A stretch of 57,539 nucleotides of DNA, filler included, from Dirinaria sp. TL-2023a (GCA_051941275.1; 3 parts of 3 records of this genome joined end to end with filler, not necessarily neighbours in it); one strand, 5' to 3'. Shown: positions 1 through 13,374, counted from the whole stretch's first letter. Program-made: numbers and translations. Notes: generated by a model from the sequence alone, not told the origin.

Positions 1-154
1 GCATGAGGCCAAATACAATCACAGTAAGGACAGGCTACCTTACACACACAAAAAAACGCCCTCAATGCAAGCGCAATAATGCAGCTCATCAGCAACCCTT
101 TTCTCAACACCCCAAAAATCTAAACCCCCTCTCAGGCAGAAAAGGTTGGAATAT

Positions 155-478
155 TTAAGACTGACTCGCAACGCTCTCCACGGTATTGGTGCTGTCGACG
201 CTGCTTTCGGACGACAGGCTGCCCGCGGCAGAAACCCCGGTGCTGGGACTTCGGCGGTGGGATTTGGTCGCGATCTCCATTTGCTGCTGGGTGAAGCGAC
301 GCATTTGTCTGCCGTGACCGTTAGTGACTGCGTTGCCATTTGTGTTTTTGAAGGGTGTGAGGGAAACGACTTACTCGGAGTAGGATGTCATGGCGGCAAT
401 AGGGTCGTCGAGGTTGAAACGGTGTGGGAAAGTTTCTTGGGCGGCGACGCCGGAGACTGGGATTGAGGGGGCTTCCAT
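155..478 (-). CDS. Small hypothetical protein, 85 aa, 2 exons (478-375, 308-155); absent from the ORF track
   Basis: ATG at 478. Intron 309-374 has GTAAGT donor, CACTAAC branch and CAG acceptor. Splicing gives an intact frame MEAPSIPVSGVAAQETFPHRFNLDDPIAAMTSYSEQMRRFTQQQMEIATKSHRRS...SQS ending at TAA 155. Confidence 0.75.
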
Positions 479-574
479 TGCGGTGGATATATATTAAGGT
501 ACTGTAGGTAGGAGGAGAGTGTGTTGGCGGAGAAGCGTGTAACAGACGTTGATGGCGGAGGTTTGGAAGGGGCG

Positions 575-628
575 GTGGGTGTGGATGTGGGTGTGGATGT
601 GGGTGTGGATGTGGATGTGGATGTGGGT
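575..628. repeat. Hexanucleotide microsatellite (GTGGRT)9
   Basis: Nine consecutive GTGGGT/GTGGAT units read directly from the sequence, about 100 bp upstream of the small minus-strand gene. Confidence 0.95.
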
Positions 629-2043
629 ATGAGGCGGTCAATGGATTTTCTTTTCTAGACAGATTGTGGAGTTTTTTGTGGGATGTGGAGTGGTAGGTGA
701 AAGTAAGGTAAGGTAGGTATGGTAGGTACTGGTCTGTACAGTAGTAAGGTAGGGAAAGGGGTCCCAAGGGTGAATATATGCAAGCCAACAGACCCGCCCG
801 TCAGGCAATACGAGGACAGGAGGGGGAGGGATGTTCCCTTTGAACGGGGACGGTTGAGTAACTGGAGTCGCCCCTCGGTCGCCCTCTTTCGCTCTTTCGC
901 TCATGGGATCCACACCTTGTCGTCACTCTGCACCGTCGAGGTTTCATGATTCAGGGTTCAAGTCAGCCTCGCCACTCGCTTAACCAGGGTTACCACGTCA
1001 TGATCTGCACACCGTTCGCCACTTCGACTCCTAGCCCTGCTTAGCCCTTCCCCATCCATGCGCCATGTGCGCCAACCACACTTCCCCGATTCTGTGCACC
1101 GCATCCCAAGCTGAAATGACGCCATCCAGGCAAGTGTGGGGATCGCGAGGCTGCGTGATTATCGGGCTCTTTTGCCTATCACCGCCTGATTGTCGGTCCA
1201 GGGAGTCTGTCCAGGGAGTCCCAGGTAGAAGGGAGGATAGACATGCACATACGGAGTACTCCGTACAGTACCCATCCGAAAATGGTCTCCTCCCGCTCCT
1301 ACGCGTAATTGGACCAAGTTCCATTGCACAAGTGGAGGGGCGGACACCTGGATTACGCATCCTTCCCACTTAGATATGATAAGATGGATTTTCGTATGAC
1401 GCCAACAGAGAGATCGAGATCCTTCAACTCGAATGAGAACTAAAAGCTGATGTCCAGGCAGCCTCCCTTTGTCGCACCAGCGCATTGGAACAGGCAGCAA
1501 ATTGCGACGCGATAGCCTTGGGCCCGGTGAATGACAAGAGGGTTTTCGTTCTCTGAGTTCGAAAAGACTGAGATGAAATACATAAGCGTGTACTCCTTCC
1601 CATTGAGACGGCAAGCCTGCTGCCCTGATAAGGTAATCTCGGGCTTCATGGAACTCCAACCGAAGTATCATGCAAGTACTTATCCGTCTTCGTGTTTTCC
1701 CTACCATCTGTTCTCAAATCCATGCGCAGCTTCACCGCTCCAGTCCAGAGCTGCGGACATCGAGTACCCTCTAATGCACAGATTCTGGACGTATATGCTT
1801 TAGGATACCCATTCCTTACCTCATGGTTAGGCTGAAGGCACGAGTATCCTCTTGAATATGTCTACAGTGATGCTGTATGCTCCTTCCGGGGTGACGGCAA
1901 TCACGCTTTCCTGTCTTGCCTCTGCTAGAAGAAAATTGGTGGGACGAAACGAGAACTGGTGTACCTTATGTAAGTTGAAGAACGAGGTGGAGGTCTCAAC
2001 ACGCACCTGTATATTGAACGGGGCATTAAAGTAATGACCTATT

Positions 2044-3417
2044 TCATTGCATGGCCTTTCGAATCAGTGGCCCAACCACCTTTCGGCTTTTGCCCAACTC
2101 CTTCTGCCACCAGACCCTCCTCCACATCTGATCAGCGCCCGTACCCTGTGCAACGTCTCGAGGGATCCCGTCGATGTCGATCTTTACCAATCCAAGTTCA
2201 CCAACAGCCATCTCTGCAAATCTGTCGGCAGCATCAACAGAAGGTCCTTTGGCTTGAAGAAAAAGCTCCCTCTGGAATTCGCCTGCTTCATTGGTGAATA
2301 CCGTCATGACTGCAAAGATATCGATGGATGAATTCGACATATGCTGTTGTACCTGAGTATCGAATGCATAGTCTTTGTTACCGCCATCCCCCCCCGATTC
2401 CTGCCGAGCCTTGTCTACCATAAACGAAAGACGTTTCACGACGGTGCTCATGCCAAGCTTCGTCTCATTCTCAGTCCAGTCCTTATAATCCTTGCGCCAA
2501 ATATCACTCAGTCGAAGGCTATCAATGTCTTGTTTAGCGGTGGTAATCTCGCTGTAGAATTGATCGCGGTCCCATGTCCGGGAATCCTGAGGCGACTTTT
2601 GTATTTTAGTCACGAGATATGCGATCATGTCTCGATCAACGGTTTCAGTCTTGCTCTCTGATGACAAATTTGCTGTGTCTTCGAGAATACTCGCCATAGC
2701 GAATTTCGCTATTTGGGCGTCCCATTTTTGGCTGATAGCACTACCATCAATAGTGCAGTCGCTGCTTTGAGCATGGCCAGCACTAGAAGCTCGCGAAGAG
2801 CTTGAAATTGTATCCCACAACGATCCAAACTGACGCACAACTAGACTCGTGCATGATCCGGCTTTCTCGAGCGTGCGGGGTTCCGGGTCTGTTCCTTCCA
2901 TCACAGCATTCTCCTCTGCGTGATGGTCAATTACGCCATGCACTCTGTCCCGATAGATCGAATCCAGATTGGTGGGGAGCTTATTATGGTCAACAAGGAT
3001 CCACCTCGTCTTCTCTGGAGGCAAGATGCCCTTGATCTCAGTAAAGGAAGGCAGATCATCTCGAGTGATGATATTTGAAGCTACAAGGTTTGCGTGACGG
3101 AAAAGAGCAATGAATTCAGGGCGTAAAGAGATGTCAGCTGAGTTGATGTTCAGGAGAGGGATATAGAGAGATGTGAAAGCGGTCTTGGGCGGATTAAGAG
3201 ACCGAAAATATGCGTAAATGATAGCTGAGGTTAGAGAGTCGAGATCTGAACTCGCATTACTACTGCTAGATCATGCGCGAACGATAGTGAGAATTTTGAT
3301 ACCAGCTGACTCGTTTCCAGTTACTATAGTCACCTTCTCGGACTGCTCAATGGAGCGTTTGAGAGAGCTCTTCGCGTAAGATAGGAAGGCTCGAAGGGAG
3401 TTGCGTGGGAAAGCCAT
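2044..3417 (-). CDS. PPX1: Exopolyphosphatase (DHH/DHHA2 family, Ppx1/prune-like), 2 exons, intron 3246-3302
   Basis: The spliced N-terminus gives GNESADLDS. Also LVDHN, IDHH, GSCTSLV, DT.NL, RKDYK and SRK.V.P motifs of Ppx1. Confidence 0.92.
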
Positions 3418-3985
3418 ATACAATTCTGCAGCAAGCCAGTCCTTGAGTGCTGCTCAGGACTCGCGGATTCGTTTGATCGATTGCTTCAGACGATGCTATG
3501 GTAAGGAAAATAAATTTGTGACCCAAGCCCCCTCCTGAAGACATGTGATTACGTAGGTGTGATATCCGAAGATGTCCCGAGAACGTCGGTTTTATATTCG
3601 GAGTTTATATGCAGGTACAGGAAGGTATGCAAGCTTGGTCCGAGCGTCCTTGGCAGATTACGGTACTGTACGGTAGTACGGTAAGGTATGGTATTCATTC
3701 CAATTCCCTGAATATTGAATGTCGAGAATGGGCAGCCTCCAAGGAGCATTGGATGTGCTTTGGGTAAGGCCTTGCCTGGTTCCAAAATGTACTTCACTCA
3801 CTAATTCTCATCTCTTCTCGCAGTGTGTACTTTCCAAGGGCTTCTGCTGTCCGGCGCTGACAATCTCCCCTGACAACCCAGGATCACGAAACCCTAAACA
3901 GTGGCATGCTCAGAGTCAACAATGAATAAAATAACCCACGCATGCATTGCCTTGTCGTTGAACGTCCTGTGAGATTGCCTGATAT

Positions 3986-5453
3986 ATGGCTCGAGCAAGT
4001 ATCGACATGTCACCCGCCCTATCGGCCCAATCAAACAACAACCAAAGTCGGATACATACACCGGCCTCGTCGGTAGCGAGTACACCGGTTGTGCCTGATA
4101 AGCCTCCATCTCCCGAGAAGAAGGCATTGCAAGACTCAAATGCCTTCCTCACCGCACTAGCAACTCAAGAAAGGAAAGTCCTCGAGCTGAGGGAGGAGCT
4201 GCAGCGTGCTGAAGCCAGTTTGGATAAGCTCAAGCGACAGTGGGCAATGCACGAAGCGACTAAAAAGCGGAACGAGCGGCGCCATGTCGAGCAACTTCAG
4301 CCGCTCAGCACTTCATTAATGAGCTTACCAGATCTCGAGGACAAGTTCGCTTCTGATGTTCTCCAGGACGATAGAGGGAAGCTCAGATCTTCGGCTGCAC
4401 GCTCAACACAGCGTACCGTGTTCAAGGGCTCGAGACATACGAAGACCCTGTCACTGCTATCTTCAAAACCCTCGATCAAAGATGAGGCTCAGGTAGATAG
4501 TACTGGTTCGCCCCTCAGACCGCGTCGCGAAACAACGAGTACACCCTTGCGATCCAGGACAGCTCCTCATCCTGCCAGACCTTTGAATGGCACATCGAAC
4601 ATTACAAATACTCCTAGATCGAGGCAATCCGTCGGTGGTCCACCCAAGGACGCAATACTAGAGACTGGCAAACAGCTGGTGGGTGATTTTCGGGAGGGAT
4701 TCTGGACTTTCTTCGAGGATTTGAGACAGGCTACTGCGGGAGAGGAAATTGATACTAGCAATGGACACGTCACAAGGAAGCCTATCAGCAATGTCAAAGC
4801 GGAAACTTCAGCCAAAGATACAACACCACAGCAAGAGAACAAAAGCCCAAACAGATCATTTCCAGCTCGTGCTTCATCACTCCACGGAAAATCTACAGCG
4901 CTCAAGAAATCTGTCTCGAATGCAGATGGAAAATCGCAAGAAGCAAGCGCCAAGGAAGGGAATTTAGAGGGGTCTTCACCAAAACTGAAAGCACAACGCG
5001 ATATACCCATCCAAACCACTTCAACCGTTTCCGATGGATGGGACTCATGGGACTCGCCACCTAGGACAGCATCACCACACCAATCGAGCAACATGAGCAA
5101 TTCCATCTCCGACTCAATGACATCCTCGGCAACCGATCGCAGCAGTCCCCGCACAAGCCTTAGGTAAGCCCCACTTCTGCCATTCTTTCCATCCAGTAAG
5201 GCCAGTGCAAAATCTCACAGGGAATAGCTCCACGGACGCAACGCCACGCGCTCGAAAGCCCTCTGCGGCACCAGACGACCGAAAAGACATCCCATTGCCC
5301 ACTTTGACGAAGCTGTCGCCTGGGAATCTGAAGCGGACGGCCAGCACCTTGATGAACGAGTGGGAGAGGAGCCTGACACCATCGATTGCTGAAGGTCCCA
5401 TTGCACCATCCGCTTTCGAGCCGACTTTTGCAGAAGATGATAACGTGGACTGA
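3986..5453 (+). CDS. Conserved fungal coiled-coil protein (DUF4048-like), intron 5164-5227
   Basis: 393-aa ORF with FLTALATQERKVLELREEL..LKRQW and GKQLVGDFREGFWTFFEDLRQAT blocks. GTAAGC...TAG splice joins a final exon with LKRTASTLMNEWERSL. Confidence 0.75.
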
Positions 5454-6940
5454 ATATAACTCATTCAGGCGATTGCTTCATCATTAGGAATAGCTCGATA
5501 TACATTGACTCGAAGCTCAGTATCCAGCACGAACACCGAAAGCGCTGCCCCCTTAAGAAGCTATCGCGACATGTCAAGCCTCATCTTTGGACAAATTCGG
5601 GTCAAAAAAGTTTTGCAAACAAAAGTCATCGTAACCCTATTCCAAAACCCTAACCCCACAGTTTCAAAACCTCTAGAACAGGCTCACGCTCTAGAAGTAA
5701 GACATGCCGTAGTCATATGCTATCCAAAATCCACTCTCACGGGGGTTCTATCACTTGCTATACTCTGGCCCCACAACCCCCCTCAAAAGAATACACCCTT
5801 CACCTCACCCCTTGAACGTTCGAATGAAGCCGAGCTAGTAAGGATAGCCCACCCATGTCACCGACACTCCAAAAATCCCAAAGAGCATTTCAACGATAAT
5901 ACGGAAAGGGGAAAAGGAATCTTGGACAAGGATGGGGGGACATTTGCACGGCTTTTTCGCAAGCGTCCCTTAGATTCATGCTCGATTGATCAATCGATCG
6001 AGCACTACTGTATATTTAGGCAAAAGGTGCGTGTGTACCCGGTTCTGGTATCAAGAAAGAGAAGAAGAGGTTCACTGGTTAGTTAATACTGCTACTACTA
6101 CTTCCAGTTTCACACCCCACCCCAGTTTAAGATCAGATCAGATACGGTAAATTACTTGCAGTGGCTACATCTGTATATGTATATGTAAGATATACATTAA
6201 ATAGAATCTTATCTTCAATCCACTTTTCCTCTTTCTAAAAGATCTCGATCGAGAGAGAGGGAGATAGAGAGAAAGCAACTAATATAAAGATTAAGAAAAG
6301 CAGATTCAAAGCATTCGAAAAAAAATATGATCTTACATAGATAGCAATTTAAATGTCAAAATCCAAAAAATCTTCTCAGGAAAGAAAGAATGAGCAAGCG
6401 GCTACCTTGGTTGGGTTTTGGTATCTATGGGTATCTATCTGAAACACACACTCTCTCTCTCTCGCACACACATGAAAAGATGGGGGAGTCTAGTAAGTCA
6501 CAAGCAAGAAGAAGAAAAAAAAAATAGTTGTAAACTCCTTAAATCTCAAAGTTTTCGGGTGCGCGCCAGCCATCAACTGGTCAATGCACCCACCCACCAC
6601 CGTCCGCTTGCTATGCTGTCCAACCGCCGAGAAGAGGAAGCAGAAAAGTTTTCGCCTTCACATGAAAAAACTGGGCACCTGGCAGAAGCTTGTAGCCTAA
6701 GAAGAAGAAAACCCTGGCCCCCCACCTTTTTTTTTTTTTGCCCTTTCTTCCCTCACGGCTCTCTTCTGTAGATTCGTTAGGATGCGGAATCGAAAATTTG
6801 AAAGGCTGAGGTGGCAAACAAATTTCCCCTTTCCGAGGCAGGCGAAATATTGGATCAAATAATGTATGTACCAGAAGTAAAACCTGAATAAAAAAAACAG
6901 GTGATGAAGAAGAAGAAAAAAGAAAGGAAGAGCCGAGGCC

Positions 6941-8976
6941 TCATCCCAGAGCAGGCCATCTGTTGCGAAGGGTATCAACCCATTTGCCGTACAGGACGTC
7001 GGCAAGTTGCTTGGTATGCTCCATTCCCGGAGTCAGCTGGCCGGGCAGGTTCGATTGCTTATCTATCCACACGTCGTTGTTGTCCGTGGGGATGATCGAG
7101 GACTGGCGTCTGCGGTGAGATTTGAGATGCGGGTTACTCTGTGCTAGGACGAGCTTGGGCTTTTGCGGGGTGCTTGGCTGCGATACTGGGAGGAGAGTGC
7201 AGAGCTTGGGATCACTGAGATTCGTTTAGTTTAAGATTTAATTTGATTAAGGGAAGGAAAAGAGGATTTTGCTTACCTCTGGACTTTCTCGATGATTGAT
7301 TTCAAGAGACTGTATTCTCCCTCAGGGTCATCTTGGTCCAAAGCGCTCCATGCCTCTGCGACTCGAGAGATGGCCTCCCTTTTCGCCTGATTGCCTGTCT
7401 GAGCGTACGTCTCCTGGAAAGCTAGGTCGACTGCTTTGCTATAGGCTCTTCTACCGATCAAAGCTTCCTTGGTCACTGTTTCGGCCGTCGGAGGTTGGTT
7501 TTCATCTCTTCCTACCATGGATCCACTTGGCGAAACGTCAGTTGACCTGTCGGAAACACGACGGAACTGCCTAGTAGTTGATGCGCTATTGCCAAAGCTT
7601 GTGCTAGGTTCCAGAGGTTGCCTTTGTCCACTAATTTTCCGCGTCGTCAAATTTGTCGCTACGACTACAGATGAGCGACGCCTCACGGTTGTTCTGCGCA
7701 CCGTTGCTCGGGGGGATCTGTTTTTCTGTGGAGGCTTCTCTTCCAGAGTCAGCTTACTCAGCATGGACTCGGGGGTTTCTTGCAGCTGTATGTGGGCGGC
7801 AGAGATTTTTCGACGTTTCGTTGTCAGGTATTCCGCGGTCTTTTGCGTGTGCTTCTTCGTAATGATGGTCGGAGCTTTGACGGTATCGAAAACCCAGTCG
7901 TCAGCGCCATCGCTTAGTGGCATTGACTTCAAAGTTTCTTCATATAATTTCGGATGAGTGGCCCCGTCTTTTCCAGCCTCCCATCTCTGCCGGGTCTTTA
8001 CAAGGTCTTGCAAGCTTTCAACACGGCCTGCGTTACGAATAAATCGATGTTGTAACATGTCCTTAGCTGTTGGCCTCCGATCAGGGTCTTTAACTAAGCA
8101 CGCGGCAACAAAGTCCTTGAAGTCTCGGCTGTACTTGTTCCCTTCCAATCGCGGCGCCGGCGCTTTTGGTATGAGGAACAAGACCTTCATGGGGTGAGTA
8201 CTGGCGTTAGGCGGTTCCGCGTTTGCCATTTCCATTGCGGTGATACCGAGAGACCAAATGTCCGCTTTGAAGTCGTAGCCTGACTGCTCAATGACTTCTG
8301 GGGCCATCCAAAATGGCGTACCAACAAACGTGTTTCGTTGTGATTTTATGTTGGTGAGCTGCGCAGCTACACCGAAGTCTGCGAGCTTGACCTTCCCAGA
8401 CTCTGCGAGAAGAACGTTGGCAGCCTTAACATCCCTGTGTATTTTCCCCTCTCGATGTAGATATTCTAGGCCGAGGAGAAGCTCACGGCAGATAATCGCG
8501 ATGTGGCTTTCATTAAGTGGACCTGGCTTGAGCTGGATCATGGTGTGAGCGCAATCCATTATGCGAGGCTACTTTGACCTACAAGGTCCAAGCATGAACC
8601 TCCACCAAGATATTCCATGACTATCCATAGCTTGTAGCCTCGCAGAAAACTGGTTTTGTATTGCGTGACCCACGGACTGTCGCATGTGCTGAGGACCGAG
8701 ATCTCTTGTTGAATGTCTTGTATGTCATCGTCGCTAGACTCCAGGTCGATCTGACTGGACTTCAGCGTCAATTGCTCAGTGGAACTGGATGTCAATGCTC
8801 ACATGCTTAATAGCTACCGTCTCACCGGTCGACAGTTCGATCGCTTTGTACACAACACCAAAGCTACCGGCTTGACGTGAGAGTCAGTATGTGAAGTGAA
8901 GAAAAACTCCGTTTTTCCACTTACAGCCCAGCTCTTCTAGTACCTGGTATTGGCTGGCCAATGCGCCCTCGTCCAT
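6941..8976 (-). CDS. sid1: STE20/germinal-centre Ser/Thr kinase, Sid1-like (septation initiation network), multi-exon
   Basis: Spliced N-terminus MDEGALASQYQVLEEL...GSFGVVYKAIE..VAIKHIDLESSDDDIQDIQQEISVL. HRDVKAAN, DFG and GTPFWMAPE motifs. Last exon ends LADVLYGKWVDTLRNRWPALG* (TGA 6941). Confidence 0.85.
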
Positions 8977-10162
8977 CGTGACTGCAGTTTTGGGTATGTG
9001 AGAGGCAATCGAGGATGTGAAGGCGCACTGTGGGCGCTCGATCGGGACGTTTGACCTCAATCAAGGGTGGCCCAGGTAGCACTTTCTACCAAAGTATGCA
9101 CAGTTTGACTAGCTTCACCATTGTGGCTTTGGCCCATCTCACTCCTGCAGAATAATGCGCCGGTAGGAGCCCTTTTCGTAAAAAGTGTTTGGGGGGCTGA
9201 TCGCTGCAGCAACAACCCTAAATAAACCCTGACAGAAGTACCCCGGATACTCATAAGCTGCTCTTCACACTAAGATGGAACATCTTAACTCTCATTAATG
9301 CGCAGATCTTGTACGATGTTTATGGAATTCTGGTCAAGTGAAATGGCACGAAATTCTCAAAATTAAAAATTGGCAAAAGCTCAGGTCGTCCTTTTTCAAG
9401 GATCGTCGTTACCATGTTCCTCCCAGTATACCCTGTTCTAGCAGGGCAGTGGCCAGACTTCAGGCATCATTGGGATTTTTAAAGCGTACCGTATTCGCGA
9501 TCGATAATCTGCTATTCCGCCATTAACCTGCTTGTCAGAAATGAAATAAACTGCCTCGATACAAAAAAAAAGTTCTCCATTCTCTAAGCGGATATATTGA
9601 ACTCGCTTGTGCTGCTTTTCGTTTTCTTATTATTTGAAGTGTTAGTATAGCATATAAGTATGATTGTCATATGATGGCAGCTTGGAGTATTCAAATGCCT
9701 CCTATTCGAAGAGAAATTTGCTTCATAGCTCCATGGAGATTTTGATTGCGTTATAAATTGGTATTGGATCCTTCGTTGCCAGGTCCTCAAGCTCGTCTTG
9801 AATTCTAATCTCTTAATCTAACGTTCCCTGTCCCAAGCGCCCCCTTCAAGGAGATTAATCAACCTAATAGCCGCCAACCTTGTCTGGCTTTTAGCAAGAT
9901 TCCGTGGGGTTTCTTCATGGATCTAGGAATCGGCGCTGTCTATGAGCGATATGGGTGCTCCGATGGGCAGAAAATGCGGAGACAGAGGTGATACATAGTC
10001 TGGCAGATCTGCGAGAACGAGGAGGGTCTGCGGTTGAAGTATGCCGGAGGTCAAGGGGCATGTTCTAGCGTGCAATTTCCTGATATCCAGTATTCCTCAT
10101 TTGCGAGCAATCGACAAATACGTTGAGTATTCTGTGGCGGGACAGATAAAAATCTATCACGG

Positions 10163-12002
10163 TCAAATATATTTGTATGGGTTCATGATACCGTTCTGCC
10201 ACGCGTTAGCCGAGTACAAATTTTCAGCTGTCATCATGCTTACTGGGTCGTAAAGGTTCTTGATCTGCTTCATGATACCGATCATATTAGCAGAACGACT
10301 ATGGCCTACGTACGCCTTCTTCGACAGACCAAGACCGTGTTCGGCGCTGATACTTCCGTTTCGTTTGGAAATCCACTCATAAACGTACGGCTCAAGCTGC
10401 TTCTCTACCTCCTTGTCGAATCTCCGGGTCGGTATATTCAGATGTAGGTTGCAATCTCCCATATGCCCGTACCCTACTACATCTACTACTGGATGCTTCT
10501 CGTCGTCTCCCACAAGCCCAGCCGAAGTAAGCCGCTCTCTTGTGTCTTCAACCAATTGGTATAGCTCGTGTTGTGGTATTGAGAGATCATATTTGTAGAC
10601 GCCGCCCCAATGGCCAATGCATTCTGTGATGCCTTCGCGCCACGACCATAGCGATTTCTTCTGTGACTCGTCCTGGGCGAGCACACCGTCAGACACAATT
10701 TCTTCACCCATGACATGCTCTAAAAAATTCTCGAGCTTCTCGCCGTCGTGTTCGGCGTTGGAGCCGCTGGTCTCGATAAGGCAGTAGAAAGGATGCTCGC
10801 CTTCCAGTGGTCGCTTTTTCTGTGTCACTTTATGTACCAGGTCCTGGCTACGTCCGTCCATCAATTCAAAAGCGGACAAAATCTCCGATAGCTGCCCTTT
10901 GGCCTCACGGTAAGCATTCTGCAGCTTGTCATAGCTCTCGACACCGAAAAATGCGACGTTGACTGCTTTGGACCTCTGCGGACACAATATAGAGACTCCT
11001 GTTACTATACCAATGGTTCCCTCCCCGCCAATGAATAATTGCTTGACGTCGTAGCCAGTGTTATTTTTGCGTAATTTGCTTAAGTCATCCATGATAGTTC
11101 CATCAGGCAATACAGCCTCGAGTCCAAGAACATTGCCATGGAGACTACCATACCGCAACAGCCGCAATCCACCTGCGTTCGTAGCGACGTTACCGCCAAT
11201 TTGACAGGAGCCTTTGGCACCAAGATCTAATGGAAAAATGTGATTCTTTTCAGCAAGGAAATTATCCGCCGTTTCAAGTATGACACCAGCATCAACAACC
11301 AAAATTCCGGATACTTCATCAAATGACCTTATATTTTTCATCCGTTGTAAGTTGATCACAATCTCATCATATACTGGTACAGACCCGCCTACAAGGCCAG
11401 AATTCCCACCCTGGGGGACGACAGCAAGCATGTTATCATTGCAGTATTTGAGAATTTTTGACACTTCCTCTGTCGAGCCCGGCTTTAGGACTAGTTTGGT
11501 ATGGCCTTTGAATTTTCGCATCCAATCGCTGTTGAACGGTTCTATGTCTTCTGTTGCATCGTGAGATACACCTTCAATGATTGCCGACTCTGTTCCTAGC
11601 AAATCTCTGAAATGTTGGACGTGATATATTGTAAGCTGGTGAAGATGCTCAGCATCATGTCATGGCACAGCACGAGCTTCGACCTTACATACTTTATTGA
11701 ACCTGCTGTCTCGTTTGATTTCCGGGTAACTTGGCAGAAAAAGTATTAGATTCACATACAGTCTCATAAATCTGGTCTGCGGAGAACTTGGCTTACGATT
11801 CGTTCGTAAATGGAATATGCTTCTGGGAACTGGGTGCTCCTTTCACGCCACCTTCTGCGTCTGGTTGATGTGGTTCGCTTGTCGCAGAGCTCCATCTTAA
11901 TTGGGAGTTCCTGTAAGATGGTACTCGGACGGCCACTGAGCGTAGACAGGACCAGTTTGAAGGGCGCTGAGAGACTACACTGAGAAATGAGCGCTTTAGC
12001 AT
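10163..12002 (-). CDS. DLD2: Mitochondrial D-2-hydroxyglutarate/D-lactate dehydrogenase (FAD-linked oxidase, Dld2-type)
   Basis: PQGGNSGLVGGSVP, DLGAKGSCQIGGNVATNAGG, GHMGDCNLHLN and ISAEHGLG motifs. Arg/Ser-rich presequence-like exon 1 (MLKRSFLSVVSQR). Confidence 0.92.
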
Positions 12003-12350
12003 AGTTAGAAATTAGGTGCATTGGGAAAACGGGCGGAGACCTCGTTCTCTTAAGTCCGGGTAGAATTCCCTCAAGTACTCCGTACCCCGGCGAGCCCGGC
12101 TCGGCTCCCCAAGCCAAATAGCCGCGCCGCGCTTACCGGATTCCCGTGCTAAAGTACCTTAGTGCTAATACTTGGAGACGCGCAAAAGCTGTCTACCTGG
12201 AGCTCCCATACTTAAGGTGCCCAGGTTCACGAAGCTTGTCCAGCTCTCTGCGCGCGCAATCTTGTTACTGAAGATTAGTTCTTCTCTTCGAAAGGACGAG
12301 TGAGCAGCCTTCTTCTTCTTTAGTCATCATCTCCAGAATCCCCGAAGAAG

Positions 12351-13374
12351 ATGGCTTCCGGGTATGACAGAGCGTTGTCTGGTTAGTATTTCCATGGCGT
12401 ATCTGGGTTGTGGTTAACTAAGTCTATGCAGTTTTCAGGTACATTGCCATACGATACTGCTCATTGGACTTAATAAGCGGCTTACAATATACTCCAGTCC
12501 TGATGGCCATGTTTTCCAGGTTGAATATGCTCTTGAGGCAGTCAAACGAGGTCAACGAACATAGCTTGCGGAGATTTCGAGGGCTCTAACATACGAGTAG
12601 GGACTTGCGCCGTTGGTGTCAAAGGCAAAGATATTGTCGCACTGGGGTGTGAAAAGCGATCAGCAATGAAGCTACAAGACACTCGGATTACACCCTCGAA
12701 GATTGGCCTCATCGATACTCACGTTTGCCTCGCGTTTGCCGGTCTTAATGCTGATGCCCGTATACTCATGGACAAGGCACGGTTAGAAGCTCAATCACAT
12801 CGCTTAACGGTCGAAGACCCTGTCACCATAGAATATATCACAAAGTACATTGCAGGGGTTCAGCAACGGTACACGCAGAGTGGAGGTGTAAGACCTTTCG
12901 GCATCAGTACTCTCATAGTGGGCTTTGATAAAAATGACAAGACACCGCGGCTGTATCAGACTGAACCCTCGGGGATTTACACCGCGTGGTAAAACTCGGT
13001 TCCGCATCACCTTGCCTTACACCTCGAGACTGATGGATACTAGGAAAGCCAATGCTATCGGAAGGTCAAGCAAGACCGTTCGAGAATTCCTCGAGCGAAA
13101 TCATAAGGATGACATGGACCGCGAAGAAACAATAAAGCTCACAGTCAAGTCGTTGCTGGAAGTCGTACAGACAGGAGCCAAGAACATCGAGATCGCTATC
13201 ATGGCACCCGGCAAAGCTATCGAGATGCTACCAGTGGAGAACATTGAATCGTATGTGAAGAACATAGAGACGGAAAAGCAGGAAGAGGCAGCCAAAAAGA
13301 AGACAGGCCGTGCACCGGGTACAGGGACAGCCGCGATACCGACTCGCGGTGGCGCAGAGGCGTCAGAGAGTTGA
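12351..13374 (+). CDS. PRE6: 20S proteasome subunit alpha-4, multi-exon including a 7-nt micro-exon (12432-12438)
   Basis: Splicing gives [46 protein letters not shown] and [17 protein letters not shown] are characteristic of alpha4. Confidence 0.95.

Noticed and set aside
321..788. 155-aa ORF with a (PH)n repeat
   Set aside because: The PH run is just the translated hexamer microsatellite. The supported gene here is the spliced 478-155 ORF in another frame.
940..1040. tRNA T-loop-like words GGGTTCAAGTC and TTCGACTCC
   Set aside because: No complementary T-stem, acceptor stem or cloverleaf could be built.
5505..6086. 193-aa ORF downstream of the DUF4048-like gene
   Set aside because: TTG start 50 nt after the upstream stop and no recognisable motif; likely 3' UTR or intergenic DNA.
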